Below are positions 18,453 through 27,241 of a stretch of 64,000 bases of DNA, one piece after another. Source of the stretch: an uncultured Actinomycetes bacterium (GTDB lineage: Bacteria > Actinomycetota > Thermoleophilia > UBA2241); assembly GCA_963709345.1 (NCBI GenBank), contig CAVPVX010000011.1:18391-82390 (forward strand), given 5' to 3'. The first letter of the stretch is position 1. Every line of letters starts with the position of its first letter. The translations under genes were made by a program, and so were the position numbers. Below the pieces are notes generated by a model. That model worked only from the letters and a program-made list of their open reading frames with translations, searched no databases and was not told where the DNA came from.

Positions 18453-18631
18453 TGCATCGCCTCCTCTTTGGGAGTGCCGCCTGGGCGTCACTCCCTCGCT
18501 GAGGTGAGCCCCTTGTGTCTTGCTCTGGTCCTGCCGCACCGCACGTTCGGGCGTCAGACTCACCGACCTCAAGTACGAGACCTTAGCATCCGACCCGGCT
18601 CCTGACAACCGTCGACGCCCGGTCGCCGGCA

Positions 18632-20044
18632 TCACTCCGAGCCGGCGCTCGGGGTCGTGCCGCGAGGGCCTGGGTTCGGCCACATGCGCTTCAGGGCCTG
18701 GATGAAAGCCTTGTTGCGCTCGTCCTTGCGCCAGTTGTGGATGATCACCATGCCCCACCAGTGGAACATGAGCTGCTTGGTGAACTTGAGCGCGAAGATG
18801 TAGCGCAGCCAAGTGCGGATCGAGTAGAAGCGCATGTACCCGCGCAGATCCTCCATCTGCAGCTCGTAGGGGGTCATGAGCTTCGGTTCGAACACGACGT
18901 GGTGCGCGTCGTAGAGGTGCCAGCGCTTGTCGAAGATGCGCCCCGCGGCGTCGAGGTTGTCGTATTGCGGTGTGCCCGGCAGCGGCGTGAGGATGTTCAG
19001 CATCACCGTGTCGATGTGGTTCTTGATCGCGAAGGTCACCGTGTCGCGGACCGTCTGCACGTCGTCGGTGTCGGCGCCGAGCACGAACATGCCGTGACTG
19101 CGGATGTCGTAGTCGTGAAGCTTGCGGATGCCCTCGACGATGTCTTCGACGGTCTGCGCCTTCTCGAAGCTGTCGAGCGTCGCCTGGCTGACCGACTCGA
19201 GGCCGAGGTAGACGAGCTCGCAGCCCGAGTCCCTCATGAGCTCGAGCAGTTCCTCGTCGCGCGTCACGTCGGTGCGCACCTGGGCGGACCAGGGGATGAC
19301 GAGGTCTTCGTCGATCATCATGCGCAGGAGCTTCTTGAGGCGCTTCTTGTCGGCGGCCATGTTGTCGTCGTAGAAGAAGATGCGTCCGGGCCGCTTGTCC
19401 TTGATCTCGGCGATCACGCTCTCGGCGCTGCGAAAGCGGTACTTGCGGCCGAACATCGCCGTCACCGAGCAGAAGTTGCAGGCGAACGGGCAGCCCCAGC
19501 TTGTCATGATCGGGATGGTGGTCAGCCTTTCGCCGCCGACCAGCAGCTTGAGGTCGGGGAAGGGGAGCTCGTCGAGGTCGTCGAGCCGCTCACGGAGTTG
19601 GTTGTGAACGGCTTTGCCGTCACGGCGGAACGAGAGGCCGGCGATGGTGTCCAACTCGCGGTCGCCGGCGAGCGCCTCGATGAGCTCCAGCATGAGCTGC
19701 TCGCCGCCCTCGCCGCGGGCCACGTAGTCGACGTGCTCGAGGGCCTCGTCGGCCATGAACGTGACGTGGGAGCCTCCGATGACGACGGGGATGCCGCGTG
19801 CGCGCAGGTTGTCGGCGTCCTCGTAGGCGGTGGTCGTCGTCGACGTCGTGCTCGAGAGGCCGACCAGATCCGAGGTGTTCACGTCGTCCCAATCGATCGG
19901 CGCCATCTGGGGGTTGTAGACGAGCACATCGTGCCCGTGCGCCTTGAGAGTGGCGGCGATGATCGGCAGGCCGAGGCGCGGCAGAAGGACCTTGGCGTAG
20001 ACGTGCATCCCTGGAGGTTCGGGCTCGATGAGGCGGATCTTCAT
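18632..20044 (-). CDS. B12-binding domain radical SAM enzyme (canonical CxxxCxxC)
   Basis: N-terminal B12-binding-like domain. Radical SAM motif SWGCPFACNFCS. ATG after AAGGAG. Confidence 0.85.
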   Translation of the reverse strand: MKIRLIEPEPPGMHVYAKVLLPRLGLPIIAATLKAHGHDVLVYNPQMAPIDWDDVNTSDLVGLSSTTSTTTTAYEDADNLRARGIPVVIGGSHVTFMADEALEHVDYVARGEGGEQLMLELIEALAGDRELDTIAGLSFRRDGKAVHNQLRERLDDLDELPFPDLKLLVGGERLTTIPIMTSWGCPFACNFCSVTAMFGRKYRFRSAESVIAEIKDKRPGRIFFYDDNMAADKKRLKKLLRMMIDEDLVIPWSAQVRTDVTRDEELLELMRDSGCELVYLGLESVSQATLDSFEKAQTVEDIVEGIRKLHDYDIRSHGMFVLGADTDDVQTVRDTVTFAIKNHIDTVMLNILTPLPGTPQYDNLDAAGRIFDKRWHLYDAHHVVFEPKLMTPYELQMEDLRGYMRFYSIRTWLRYIFALKFTKQLMFHWWGMVIIHNWRKDERNKAFIQALKRMWPNPGPRGTTPSAGSE

Positions 20045-20201
20045 GGCGCTCCTTGAAACGAGGTCTCGGTCGTCGGCCTCTGCGGCGCGGCATGTCGCCA
20101 CGGCACGAAGGACACGGACGCTCAAGTCGAGATGATAGTCGCTGGTCGCGACCCTGAAAAGACTGGGGCCTGGGCGGCGATGGCGGCGCCCATCGGCAGT
20201 C

Positions 20202-20220
20202 TAACGTAATACTTACGTTA
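20202..20220. promoter_or_regulatory. palindromic operator TAACGTAA-tac-TTACGTTA (putative PadR box), copy 1
   Basis: Perfect 8-3-8 palindrome overlapping the TAA stop of the 2TM gene, ~160 nt upstream of the rSAM start. The core ACGTAA-N3-TTACGT is shared with copy 2. Confidence 0.5.
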
Positions 20221-20517
20221 CGAGCAACCGTCGCGGCGCGCGCGCTCCTCACGCTTGCGCTCCTTCTGCTCGCGTTGCAGCAGGATGTCTTCGGGACTCC
20301 GGAGCAGGAAGGCGAAGGCGGCATGCGCGGCGACGACGATGCCCCAGGCTCCCGTGGGGATGACGAACCAGGGGAAGCCGCCGCCGGCGAGCACCCAGAT
20401 CGCGAAGAGGAAGACACTGATCGCGGCCCACACGATGAGATCTAGCCAGAACCACTGGTGGCGGGCTATGCGCACCGCTTCGCGCTCGCGCAAGGCGGCC
20501 TTTCCGAATTCATCCAT
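20218..20517 (-). CDS. 2TM-domain membrane protein (PF13239-like)
   Basis: ATG after AAGGAG. HQWFWLDLIVWAAISVFLFAIWVL ... WGIVVAAHAAFAFLL hairpin of two TM helices. Overlaps the padR stop. Confidence 0.6.
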   Translation of the reverse strand: MDEFGKAALREREAVRIARHQWFWLDLIVWAAISVFLFAIWVLAGGGFPWFVIPTGAWGIVVAAHAAFAFLLRSPEDILLQREQKERKREERARRDGCS

Positions 20518-20977
20518 GCTCGGCTCCTTGCTGCTCGATGATCGTGGTGATTTCGGCGCGCGTGCGCGTGAGGACGGTGTCGATGCACTCGGCCTGCCGG
20601 GAGGAGAGCCCGGCGCGCCGGGGGAGGCCCAGCTCGAAGCGGTCGAGCAGAGTGCCGAGGGTGAGCCGCTGCCGCTGCGCGTCGGCACGCCGGGAGATGT
20701 CGGGCCAACTCGGCTCCGCCTCGCGCGCCTCCACGGCCCGGACGCCCTGGTCTGTCAGGCGGTACACGCGCAGGCCGTCGTGTTCGTCGGAGGTCACCAG
20801 GCCCGATTCCTCGAGCGCGACGAGCGCCGGGTAGATCGCGCCGGGGCTTGGCCGCCACTGCGTACCGACCTGCCGCTGCAGCTCCTGCATGATGGCGTAG
20901 CCGTGGCCTTCGCCGAGCAAGGCGATGACGGAGAGAAGGGCGGACTTGAGCTCGCCGCGGTTGAACACGCGCGTCAT
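20510..20977 (-). CDS. padR: PadR-family transcriptional regulator
   Basis: wHTH LKSALLSVIALLGEGHGYAIMQEL ... GAIYPALVALEESGLV. An alternative TTG start lies at 21016. Confidence 0.8.
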   Translation of the reverse strand: MTRVFNRGELKSALLSVIALLGEGHGYAIMQELQRQVGTQWRPSPGAIYPALVALEESGLVTSDEHDGLRVYRLTDQGVRAVEAREAEPSWPDISRRADAQRQRLTLGTLLDRFELGLPRRAGLSSRQAECIDTVLTRTRAEITTIIEQQGAEHG

Positions 20978-21042
20978 GGGCGGTCCGGGTCGGGGGTGAG
21001 TGCGGGCGCCGGTCAAGCGCCGGGCGCGAACGGCACGACCAT

Positions 21043-21059
21043 AACGTAAGTCTTACGTT
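21043..21059. promoter_or_regulatory. palindromic operator AACGTAAG-t-CTTACGTT (putative PadR box), copy 2
   Basis: Perfect palindrome immediately upstream of padR. Same ACGTAA-N3-TTACGT core as copy 1. Confidence 0.5.
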
Positions 21060-21161
21060 GACGTCAAAGCGTCGGGACTTCCAGGGTGGGGCGGAGGTCG
21101 GCGCCGGTGGCGACTCGGATACCGGCGCCGGCCGCGACGCGGACCACGGCGGGCCGCCAGG

Positions 21162-22145
21162 TCAGAAGATGAGCGTGCCGAGAAGGTAGACCGCCGCGGC
21201 GACGAGGCCTGCCGCGGGCAGCGTGAGCACCCAGGCCACCATGATGTTGCCGGCGACGCCCCAGCGCACGGCCGAGAGTCTCTGCGTCGAGCCGACGCCC
21301 ATGATCGCCGCCGTGATCGTGTGCGTGGTGCTGACCGGGAAGCCGAAGTGCGTCGCGAGTTGGATCACGCTGGCCGCGGCGGTCTCTGCGGCGAACCCGT
21401 GGATGGGGTCGAGCTTGATCACCTTGGAGCCCAGGGTGTGGATGATGCGCCAGCCGCCCGAGTACGTGCCGACGGCCATGGCGAGAGCGCAGGCGAGCTT
21501 GACCCACATCGGGATCTCGAAGGTCTCGACCACGCCGCTCGCGAACAGGGCGAGCGTGATGATGCCCATGGTCTTCTGGGCGTCGTTGGCTCCGTGCGAG
21601 AAGGCCATGAAGCCGGCGGAGATCGGCTGCAGGCCGCGAAACCACTTGTTCACCGGCGCCTGCGACCGCTTGCGCACCAGCCAGATGAGCCCGGTCATCA
21701 GCACCCACGCACCCACGAAACCGAGCAGCGGGGAGCCGATCATCGGCAGGACGACCTTCTCGATGACGCCGCCCCAGAGCACGCCGTCCACCCCGGCGCT
21801 CGCGATCATCGCACCGATGAGGCCGCCGAAGAGCGCCTGGGAGGAGCTGGAGGGGATGCCGAAGTACCAGGTGACGAAGTTCCAGACCACCGCGCCGACC
21901 AGGGCGGAGAAGATCAGGGGGAGGGTGACGAGCTCGGTATTGACGAGTCCTTCGCCGACGGTCTTGGCGACGCCGGTGTAGAGGAGGGCGCCGAGGAGGT
22001 TGAGGCCGGCGGCCATCATCACGGCGATGCGCGGTGACAACGCGCGCGTCGAGACCGAGGTGGCGATCGCGTTGGCGGTGTCGTGGAAGCCGTTGGTGTA
22101 GTCGAAGACGAGCGCCAGGATGACGATCGCGATGAGAAGGGCCAC
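21162..22145 (-). CDS. pit: inorganic phosphate transporter, PiT family
   Basis: PHO4/PiT sequence (FDYTNGFHDTANAIATSV ... GANDAQKTMGII). Confidence 0.9.
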   Translation of the reverse strand: MALLIAIVILALVFDYTNGFHDTANAIATSVSTRALSPRIAVMMAAGLNLLGALLYTGVAKTVGEGLVNTELVTLPLIFSALVGAVVWNFVTWYFGIPSSSSQALFGGLIGAMIASAGVDGVLWGGVIEKVVLPMIGSPLLGFVGAWVLMTGLIWLVRKRSQAPVNKWFRGLQPISAGFMAFSHGANDAQKTMGIITLALFASGVVETFEIPMWVKLACALAMAVGTYSGGWRIIHTLGSKVIKLDPIHGFAAETAAASVIQLATHFGFPVSTTHTITAAIMGVGSTQRLSAVRWGVAGNIMVAWVLTLPAAGLVAAAVYLLGTLIF

Positions 22146-22159
22146 GGCCTGCGCTCAGG

Positions 22160-22774
22160 TCAGTTGTGCTTGAGAACGATGCTCTCGATGACGTTGGCGA
22201 CGTGTTCGCACTCATCGATCGCCGCTTCGAGGCTCTCGTAGATATCTTTCCACTTGATGATGTCGGTGCAGGACATGTCGCCGTCGAAGAGGCTGGCGAT
22301 GGCGTCGCGGAGGATGCGGTCGCCGTCGTTCTCGAGGCTGTTGATGGCGATGATGCGCTCGTCGAGCCCCTTCGGCTTCTCGAGGTTGTCCATGCACTCC
22401 TTGAGCAGCGGCGTCGCCTTGGCGATGACCCGGGCCTGGCAGTGCGCCTGCTCGGTGATCTCGCCGACCCGGTACAGCACGATCATGTCGGCCGCCGCTT
22501 CGATGTTGTCGAGGATCTCGTCGGTGGTCGCCACGAGGTCGTAGATGTCCTCGCGGTCGATCGGCGTGATGAATGACTTGTTGAGCCGGCGCACGATGTC
22601 GTGGACGATCTTGTCGCCGACGTGCTCGTGTTCGAGGATGGCCGCGGCGATGTTCTTGCGGTCGCTGTCCTCCATGAAACGGACGAGCAGTTGCGCAGCC
22701 GCGTCGAGATTGGCGGCCAACTCAGAAAACAGCCGGAAGTAGTCGTGCTCTTTGGGGACGAGGCTGAGCTTCAC
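22160..22774 (-). CDS. DUF47 (PhoU-like) Pit accessory protein
   Basis: KLSLVPKEHDYFRLF N-terminus typical of DUF47. GTG after AAGGAG. Operonic with pit. Confidence 0.75.
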   Translation of the reverse strand: MKLSLVPKEHDYFRLFSELAANLDAAAQLLVRFMEDSDRKNIAAAILEHEHVGDKIVHDIVRRLNKSFITPIDREDIYDLVATTDEILDNIEAAADMIVLYRVGEITEQAHCQARVIAKATPLLKECMDNLEKPKGLDERIIAINSLENDGDRILRDAIASLFDGDMSCTDIIKWKDIYESLEAAIDECEHVANVIESIVLKHN

Positions 22775-22991
22775 GAGGGCTCCTTTCCCTACCATGCCCT
22801 GTGCCGCGCGTAATGCTATACGGATTGCCCGGGTGCGCAACCCGTCGGGGCGGCGCCCGACGACCGCTCCGCTCCGTATCGCGTCTCGCCGACGGCGGCG
22901 CGACCCCGGTACCGTCGGGCTCGCCGAAGGCGCCGCGGTCGCGTTTCCGGACTTGGCAACGGGCCGGGCTAAAGGTCGCGGCCGCAGCAGC

Positions 22992-23015
22992 CGTTGACGA
23001 GGTGGAAGGTCAACG
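22992..23015. promoter_or_regulatory. inverted repeat CGTTGAC-N10-GTCAACG about 45 nt upstream of the 23058 gene
   Basis: 7 bp perfect arms. Contains TTGACG, which resembles a -35 element. Confidence 0.25.
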
Positions 23016-23057
23016 TTCCGGAGGCGGGCGACCGACGGCGACAAGGAGGTCGTTCAA

Positions 23058-23495
23058 GTGAAGAGACTCATCCCCATCCTGCTGCTGGTCGCGCTGGCGC
23101 TGGCCGTGGTCCCGGTGGCTGCGTCCGCGGGCAACGGCAAGGCGAAGGCGCACGGCAAGGCCAAGTTCAACCTGGTCGGCACGCTGACGGCGGTCGACGA
23201 AGCTGCCGGCGCCGTGACCATCAAGATCAAGGCGGGGACCAGGACCGTCAAGAAGTACCGCGGCGACGAGCTGCCAATGACGGTCGCTTCTCATGCACGC
23301 ATCCGGCTGGTGACCGTCGACGGGTGCGTGACGGCTACGCTGGCGGATCTCGCGGCTCTGCCGTCGGGAGCCAGGCTCAAGGCGCGCGGGCGCATCGACC
23401 GCAGCGATCCTTCGGCGCCCTCATTCGTGATCACGTTTCTTCAGGCGAAGGCCCCGTCTCCCGCGTCGGAGCCCGACCCGGCCCCTGTCAAGTAG
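23058..23495 (+). CDS. secreted hypothetical protein (signal peptide)
   Basis: GTG after AAGGAGG. MKRLIPILLLVALALAVVPVAASAG signal peptide. Confidence 0.6.
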   Translation: MKRLIPILLLVALALAVVPVAASAGNGKAKAHGKAKFNLVGTLTAVDEAAGAVTIKIKAGTRTVKKYRGDELPMTVASHARIRLVTVDGCVTATLADLAALPSGARLKARGRIDRSDPSAPSFVITFLQAKAPSPASEPDPAPVK

Positions 23496-23605
23496 GAGCG
23501 AAGTCGGACGGCGGGCGCGCGACGCCCGCCCTGGAGCCGGGCCTGGAGGCCTTCGACGGGTTCCTGCGGGAGCGGCACCGGCCCCCGCCCCTCCTCCCGA
23601 CCCCC

Positions 23606-23665
23606 GTACTTGCCGCCGCTCCCACCGCCTCGATACTTGGTGCAAGTAACGCGCCGATCTACTTG
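23606..23665. promoter_or_regulatory. three TACTTG direct repeats, the middle one part of a TACTTG-gtg-CAAGTA palindrome
   Basis: Repeats at ~23606, 23634 and 23660 (spacing 28 and 26 nt), 110-170 nt upstream of the corrinoid protein gene. Confidence 0.3.
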
Positions 23666-23772
23666 CTGGACGGCTCCGAGCGGCGGCGCGTATCGTTGCT
23701 CAGCATGAGCCATGCGCCCCGGGCGCTCTTGCGGACGCCCGCGGCGACCAAGCGTCGTAAGGAGGATCCCCA

Positions 23773-24420
23773 GTGTCCGACGAGCTCTACGCACAGATGA
23801 AGCAGACCGTGATCGACGGCGAGGCCGAGGACGCCGCGCGCCTCGCCCAGGAGGGCCTCGACGCCGGCCTGCCCGCCGCCGACATCCTCGACCAGGGCTT
23901 CGTCAAGGGCATCGAGGAGGTCGGCGACCTCTTCGGCCAAGGGCGAGTTCTTCCTCCCCGAGCTCGTCCAGGGCGCCGAGGCGATGAAGGCCGCCGTGGC
24001 CGTCCTGCAGCCGGCCCTCGACGCCTCCGGCGGCGGCCGCAAGGCGCTCGGCATCGCCGTCGCCGGCACCGTCGCCGGCGACATCCACGAGATCGGCAAG
24101 ACGATCGTCTGTTCCATGCTCAGCGCCGCCGGCTTCACGGTCACCGACGTCGGCTGCGACGTACCGGTCGAGACTTCGTTGCCGCGGTCAAGGACTCAGG
24201 CGCCGACCTGCTCCTGCTCTCCGCCCTGCTGACCACGACGATGCCCAACCAGCAGAAGACGATCGAGGCGCTCAAGGAGGCCGGCCTGCGCGACGGCGTC
24301 AAGGTGATGATCGGCGGCGCCCCGACGACCCGCGCCTGGGCCGACGAGATCGGCGCCGACGGCTACGCCGAGGACGCGATCGAGGCCGTGGCCACCGCCA
24401 AGACGATCCTCGGGGTCTGA
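23773..24420 (+). CDS. methyltransferase-type corrinoid (B12-binding) protein, MtbC/MttC/MtaC family, interrupted by two compensating frameshifts
   Basis: N-terminal cap domain (DQGFVKGIEEVGDLFGQG), then the middle part in the +1 frame (ORF 23984: GTVAGDIHEIGKTIV, DxHxxG), returning to frame at FVAAVKDSGADLLLLSALLTTTMP ... GGAPTT. There is an extra G in the ggg at ~23941 and a missing T near 24176. Confidence 0.8.
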   Translation: MSDELYAQMKQTVIDGEAEDAARLAQEGLDAGLPAADILDQGFVKGIEEVGDLFGQGRVLPPRARPGRRGDEGRRGRPAAGPRRLRRRPQGARHRRRRHRRRRHPRDRQDDRLFHAQRRRLHGHRRRLRRTGRDFVAAVKDSGADLLLLSALLTTTMPNQQKTIEALKEAGLRDGVKVMIGGAPTTRAWADEIGADGYAEDAIEAVATAKTILGV

Positions 24421-24540
24421 GGCAGCGCCAGCAGGCCACACGAAGCACGACCGCGAGGGGCGGCGGCGCCAAGGCGCCGCCGCCCCTCGCGCGTACGAGG
24501 CGCGTGTGAACCGGGCTCGCATTCGGTAGAGTGCACCTCG

Positions 24541-25739
24541 ATGGCCGCCGATCACAGCGCATACTTCGAAGAGGTCGAGGCGCGTTTCGCCGCGCGCCCA
24601 CGACCTCGACCTCGGGCTCGAGGAGGAGTTCCAGGTCCTCGACCCCGAGACTCCTGGAGCTCACATTCGGGTTTCGAGGCCCTTCACGACGCCGCGCCTC
24701 CGCGACTGCGCGAGCGCGTCGCCGGTGAACTCCTGCGCTCCGAGATCGAGGTGTCGACGCCGCGCACGCTCCACTTCGGGCAGGCGGCGAAGCAGACTCC
24801 TGCTCAATCGCGCCGAGCTGTTTCCGCTGGCGGACCGGGTGGGCTTCGCTCTGGGCGCCGGCGGCACGCATCCCTTCTCGGCCTGGAAGGACCAGGAGAT
24901 CATCGACACGCCGCACTACCGTCTTGTCGAGGAGCGGCTCAAGTACGTCGCCTGGCGCAACAACACGTGGGCGGCGCATGTGCACGTGGGGGTGCGCGGC
25001 TGCGACCGCGCCGTCGCCGTGTGCGACGCCCTGCGGACGTATCTGCCGCACCTGCTGGCGCTCTCGGCCAACTCCCCCTTCATCGAGGACGTGTGGACCG
25101 AGCTGCACTCGGTCGCGCACCCAGACCTTCCTGCGCATGTTCCCGCGCTGCGGCATCCCGGACGTCTTCGGCTCGTGGGCCGAGCACCGGCGCTTCTACG
25201 AGGAACTCGTCGACACCGACTGCATCCAGGAGTTCACGCAGATCTGGTGGGCTGTGCGACCGCACCATCGCTTCGGCACCGTCGAGGTGCGCATCTGCGA
25301 CGCCCAGAACGAGGCCTGGCAGAGTCTCGCGATCTCGTCGCTGACGGTCGGGCTCGTCGCGCACCTCGCGCGCGTCTACGATGAGGGTCATGCCGCTGCC
25401 CTACCTCGAGACGCGCTACATCGAAGAGAACCTCTGGCGCGCGATCCGCTACGGTCTCGACGGCAAGCTCGTCGATTGGGAGGCGAAAGCGGAGGCTTCC
25501 GGCGGCCGACGCCGTCCGGCGCCTCGTGGAGCTCGCGGCTCCCTTTGCCGACGCGCATCGGGCTGACGCCGCATCTCGGCCAGGTGGAGCGCATGCTCCG
25601 GGAGGGCAACGGGGCGCAACAGCAGAGTAGGGCTTACATTGAGGGTGAGAGTCTGCGCGAGGTCTTCGCGGGGACGTCGGGGCGGAGGCTCGCTCCGAGC
25701 TCACTCGAGCCGGCGACCGAGACGCAGGGAGGATCGTGA
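24541..25739 (+). pseudogene. ybdK: carboxylate-amine ligase YbdK (GCS2 family) broken by at least 7 single-base frameshifts
   Basis: Conserved YbdK segments found successively in frames 1,2,0,1,2,0,1,0: LGLEEEFQVLDPET, LELTFGFEALHD, GGTHPFSAWKDQEI, AHVHVGVRGCDRAVAV, LALSANSPF, FPRCGIPDVFGSW, WWAVRPHHRFGTVEVRICDAQ, MPLPYLETRYIEENLWRAIRYGLDG. Confidence 0.75.
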
Positions 25740-25764
25740 TGATGACACGACCCGACCCGAGGGC

Positions 25765-26361
25765 ATGACCGACGACGGAGCGCGCCAAGGCCGCCCTCGA
25801 ACAGCTCAAGAGCATCCGCGCCTTCGATCTCGCCTACGAGATGATGATCGGTCTCGTCAGCTTCGGCTATCAGAAGATGGGACTGACCGACGAGACCGCG
25901 CCCGTGCGCGACCTGGACGACGCACGGCTCTCCATCGAGCTGTTGCGCGCGACTCTGGACGTGTCGAGGCGTGAGCACGGCGCCGAGTCGCACGCGGCGA
26001 CCTGCGCGCGACGCTCGCGCAGATGCAGCTGAGCTACGCCCGCGCGGTACAGCTCGCGGGCGCTCCGAGCCGGCCGGCGTCGCACGCGCCGCCGGCGGAG
26101 GATGTGTCGCGGGCAGAGGCCTCGGCGGAGGACGGGCCGTCCCAGGTCGCCGATCCGGATGTGGCGCCGGAGGCGGGGCCCGCGGGCGGCGAGCCGGCGG
26201 CGAAGAAGTCCGCGGTCAGGAAGCCCACCGCGAAGAGGCCCGCCGCCGACAAGGCCGCCTCCGATGGGACGGCCGCGAAGCAGCGCGCGTCCAAGACCGC
26301 TCCGAAGGGTGCGGCGCCGAAGAAGAAGAAGAGGACGGACGCGGCGCCGGACGAGGGCTGA
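25765..26361 (+). CDS. DUF1844 protein with a Lys/Ala/Pro-rich histone-like C-terminal tail; two apparent frameshifts
   Basis: ERAKAALEQLKSIRAFDLAYEMMIGLVSFGYQKMGL (DUF1844 core) in one frame. It continues as LRATLAQMQLSYARAVQ ... AAKKSAVRKPTAKRPAADKAAS ... KKKKR in another frame. Confidence 0.55.
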
Positions 26362-26370
26362 GGCCGCGGG

Positions 26371-27051
26371 TCAGGCGCCGGCGAGCGCCCAGAAACGCGC
26401 CTCTTCGAGCGTCTCGCCGGGCTCGACGACGAGGAACTCCTCGTCGTGGGGCCCGGCGACGAGCTTCTCGAGGAAGCGCAGCGACCCGGACAGGTACTCA
26501 AGCGGCAGATCGTAGAAGGCGCTCACGGTCTCCAGGTACTCGCGTTTGTCGTCGAGGCCGGGAACGCCGGGCGTCTCGATGACGGCCACGCGCGTGTAAT
26601 TCTCCATGATGAGACGCGCGACGTAGGCGGCCTTCTCCTCGCCGTACTTGGGCACGATCTTCAGGTACTCCTTGTACGGGTCGTCGATGAAGTCGACCCA
26701 GCCGCGGGTGTAGTAGTAGGTGCCCGGCTGGCCGCCGTGCTCCTCGAGGTAGCGGGCGCGAGAGCCGAGCAGCAGCGAGATGCAGTCGTCCACGGCGGGC
26801 AGGACGAGCCGGTGCGATCGCGCCTCGAGGCCCACGGTGCCGTTGCTGCAGCGGCCGCAACAGAGCATGATGTCGCGCTCGCCCGGCGTGCCGTCGATGC
26901 GCTCCTGGAGTGCGCTACGCAGCTTGTCCGGGTAGTCGTGCAGGGCGCCGTCGACGAACTCCACCTCGAGCCCGCGCCCGTCGCGTGCGAGCACGCTCTC
27001 GATCTCGTTGCGGAGGACCTCGCAGCTGACGATCTTCGGTGGCGCATCCAT
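26371..27051 (-). CDS. DUF1638 protein (family commonly next to corrinoid methyltransferase genes)
   Basis: 226 aa from MDAPPKIVSCEVLRNEIE. The upstream part of the 26371..27729 ORF was discounted. Confidence 0.7.
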   Translation of the reverse strand: MDAPPKIVSCEVLRNEIESVLARDGRGLEVEFVDGALHDYPDKLRSALQERIDGTPGERDIMLCCGRCSNGTVGLEARSHRLVLPAVDDCISLLLGSRARYLEEHGGQPGTYYYTRGWVDFIDDPYKEYLKIVPKYGEEKAAYVARLIMENYTRVAVIETPGVPGLDDKREYLETVSAFYDLPLEYLSGSLRFLEKLVAGPHDEEFLVVEPGETLEEARFWALAGA

Positions 27052-27241
27052 CGGGCCATGGTAACAGGACCATCCGGGTCCTGTCGCCTCGCACGCGCCG
27101 GGCGCTCGGGAGCGCTGCCCGGACGGCGCGCAGGCGTGTGCCTCGTCTTGGCCTGCGGTAGCATGGAGGGCGCGTCTTGCGAAGCACTGCCGGCGCGGGC
27201 AGCGGGAACGGCCCGCCCGCGCCTGACCCGAGGAGGACTCC

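Noticed and set aside
17257-18631. ydaO-type cyclic-di-AMP riboswitch in the p60 leaders
   Set aside because: A few short motif fragments are present, but their order and spacing do not match the consensus I can recall. I kept it only as something to test, not as a feature.
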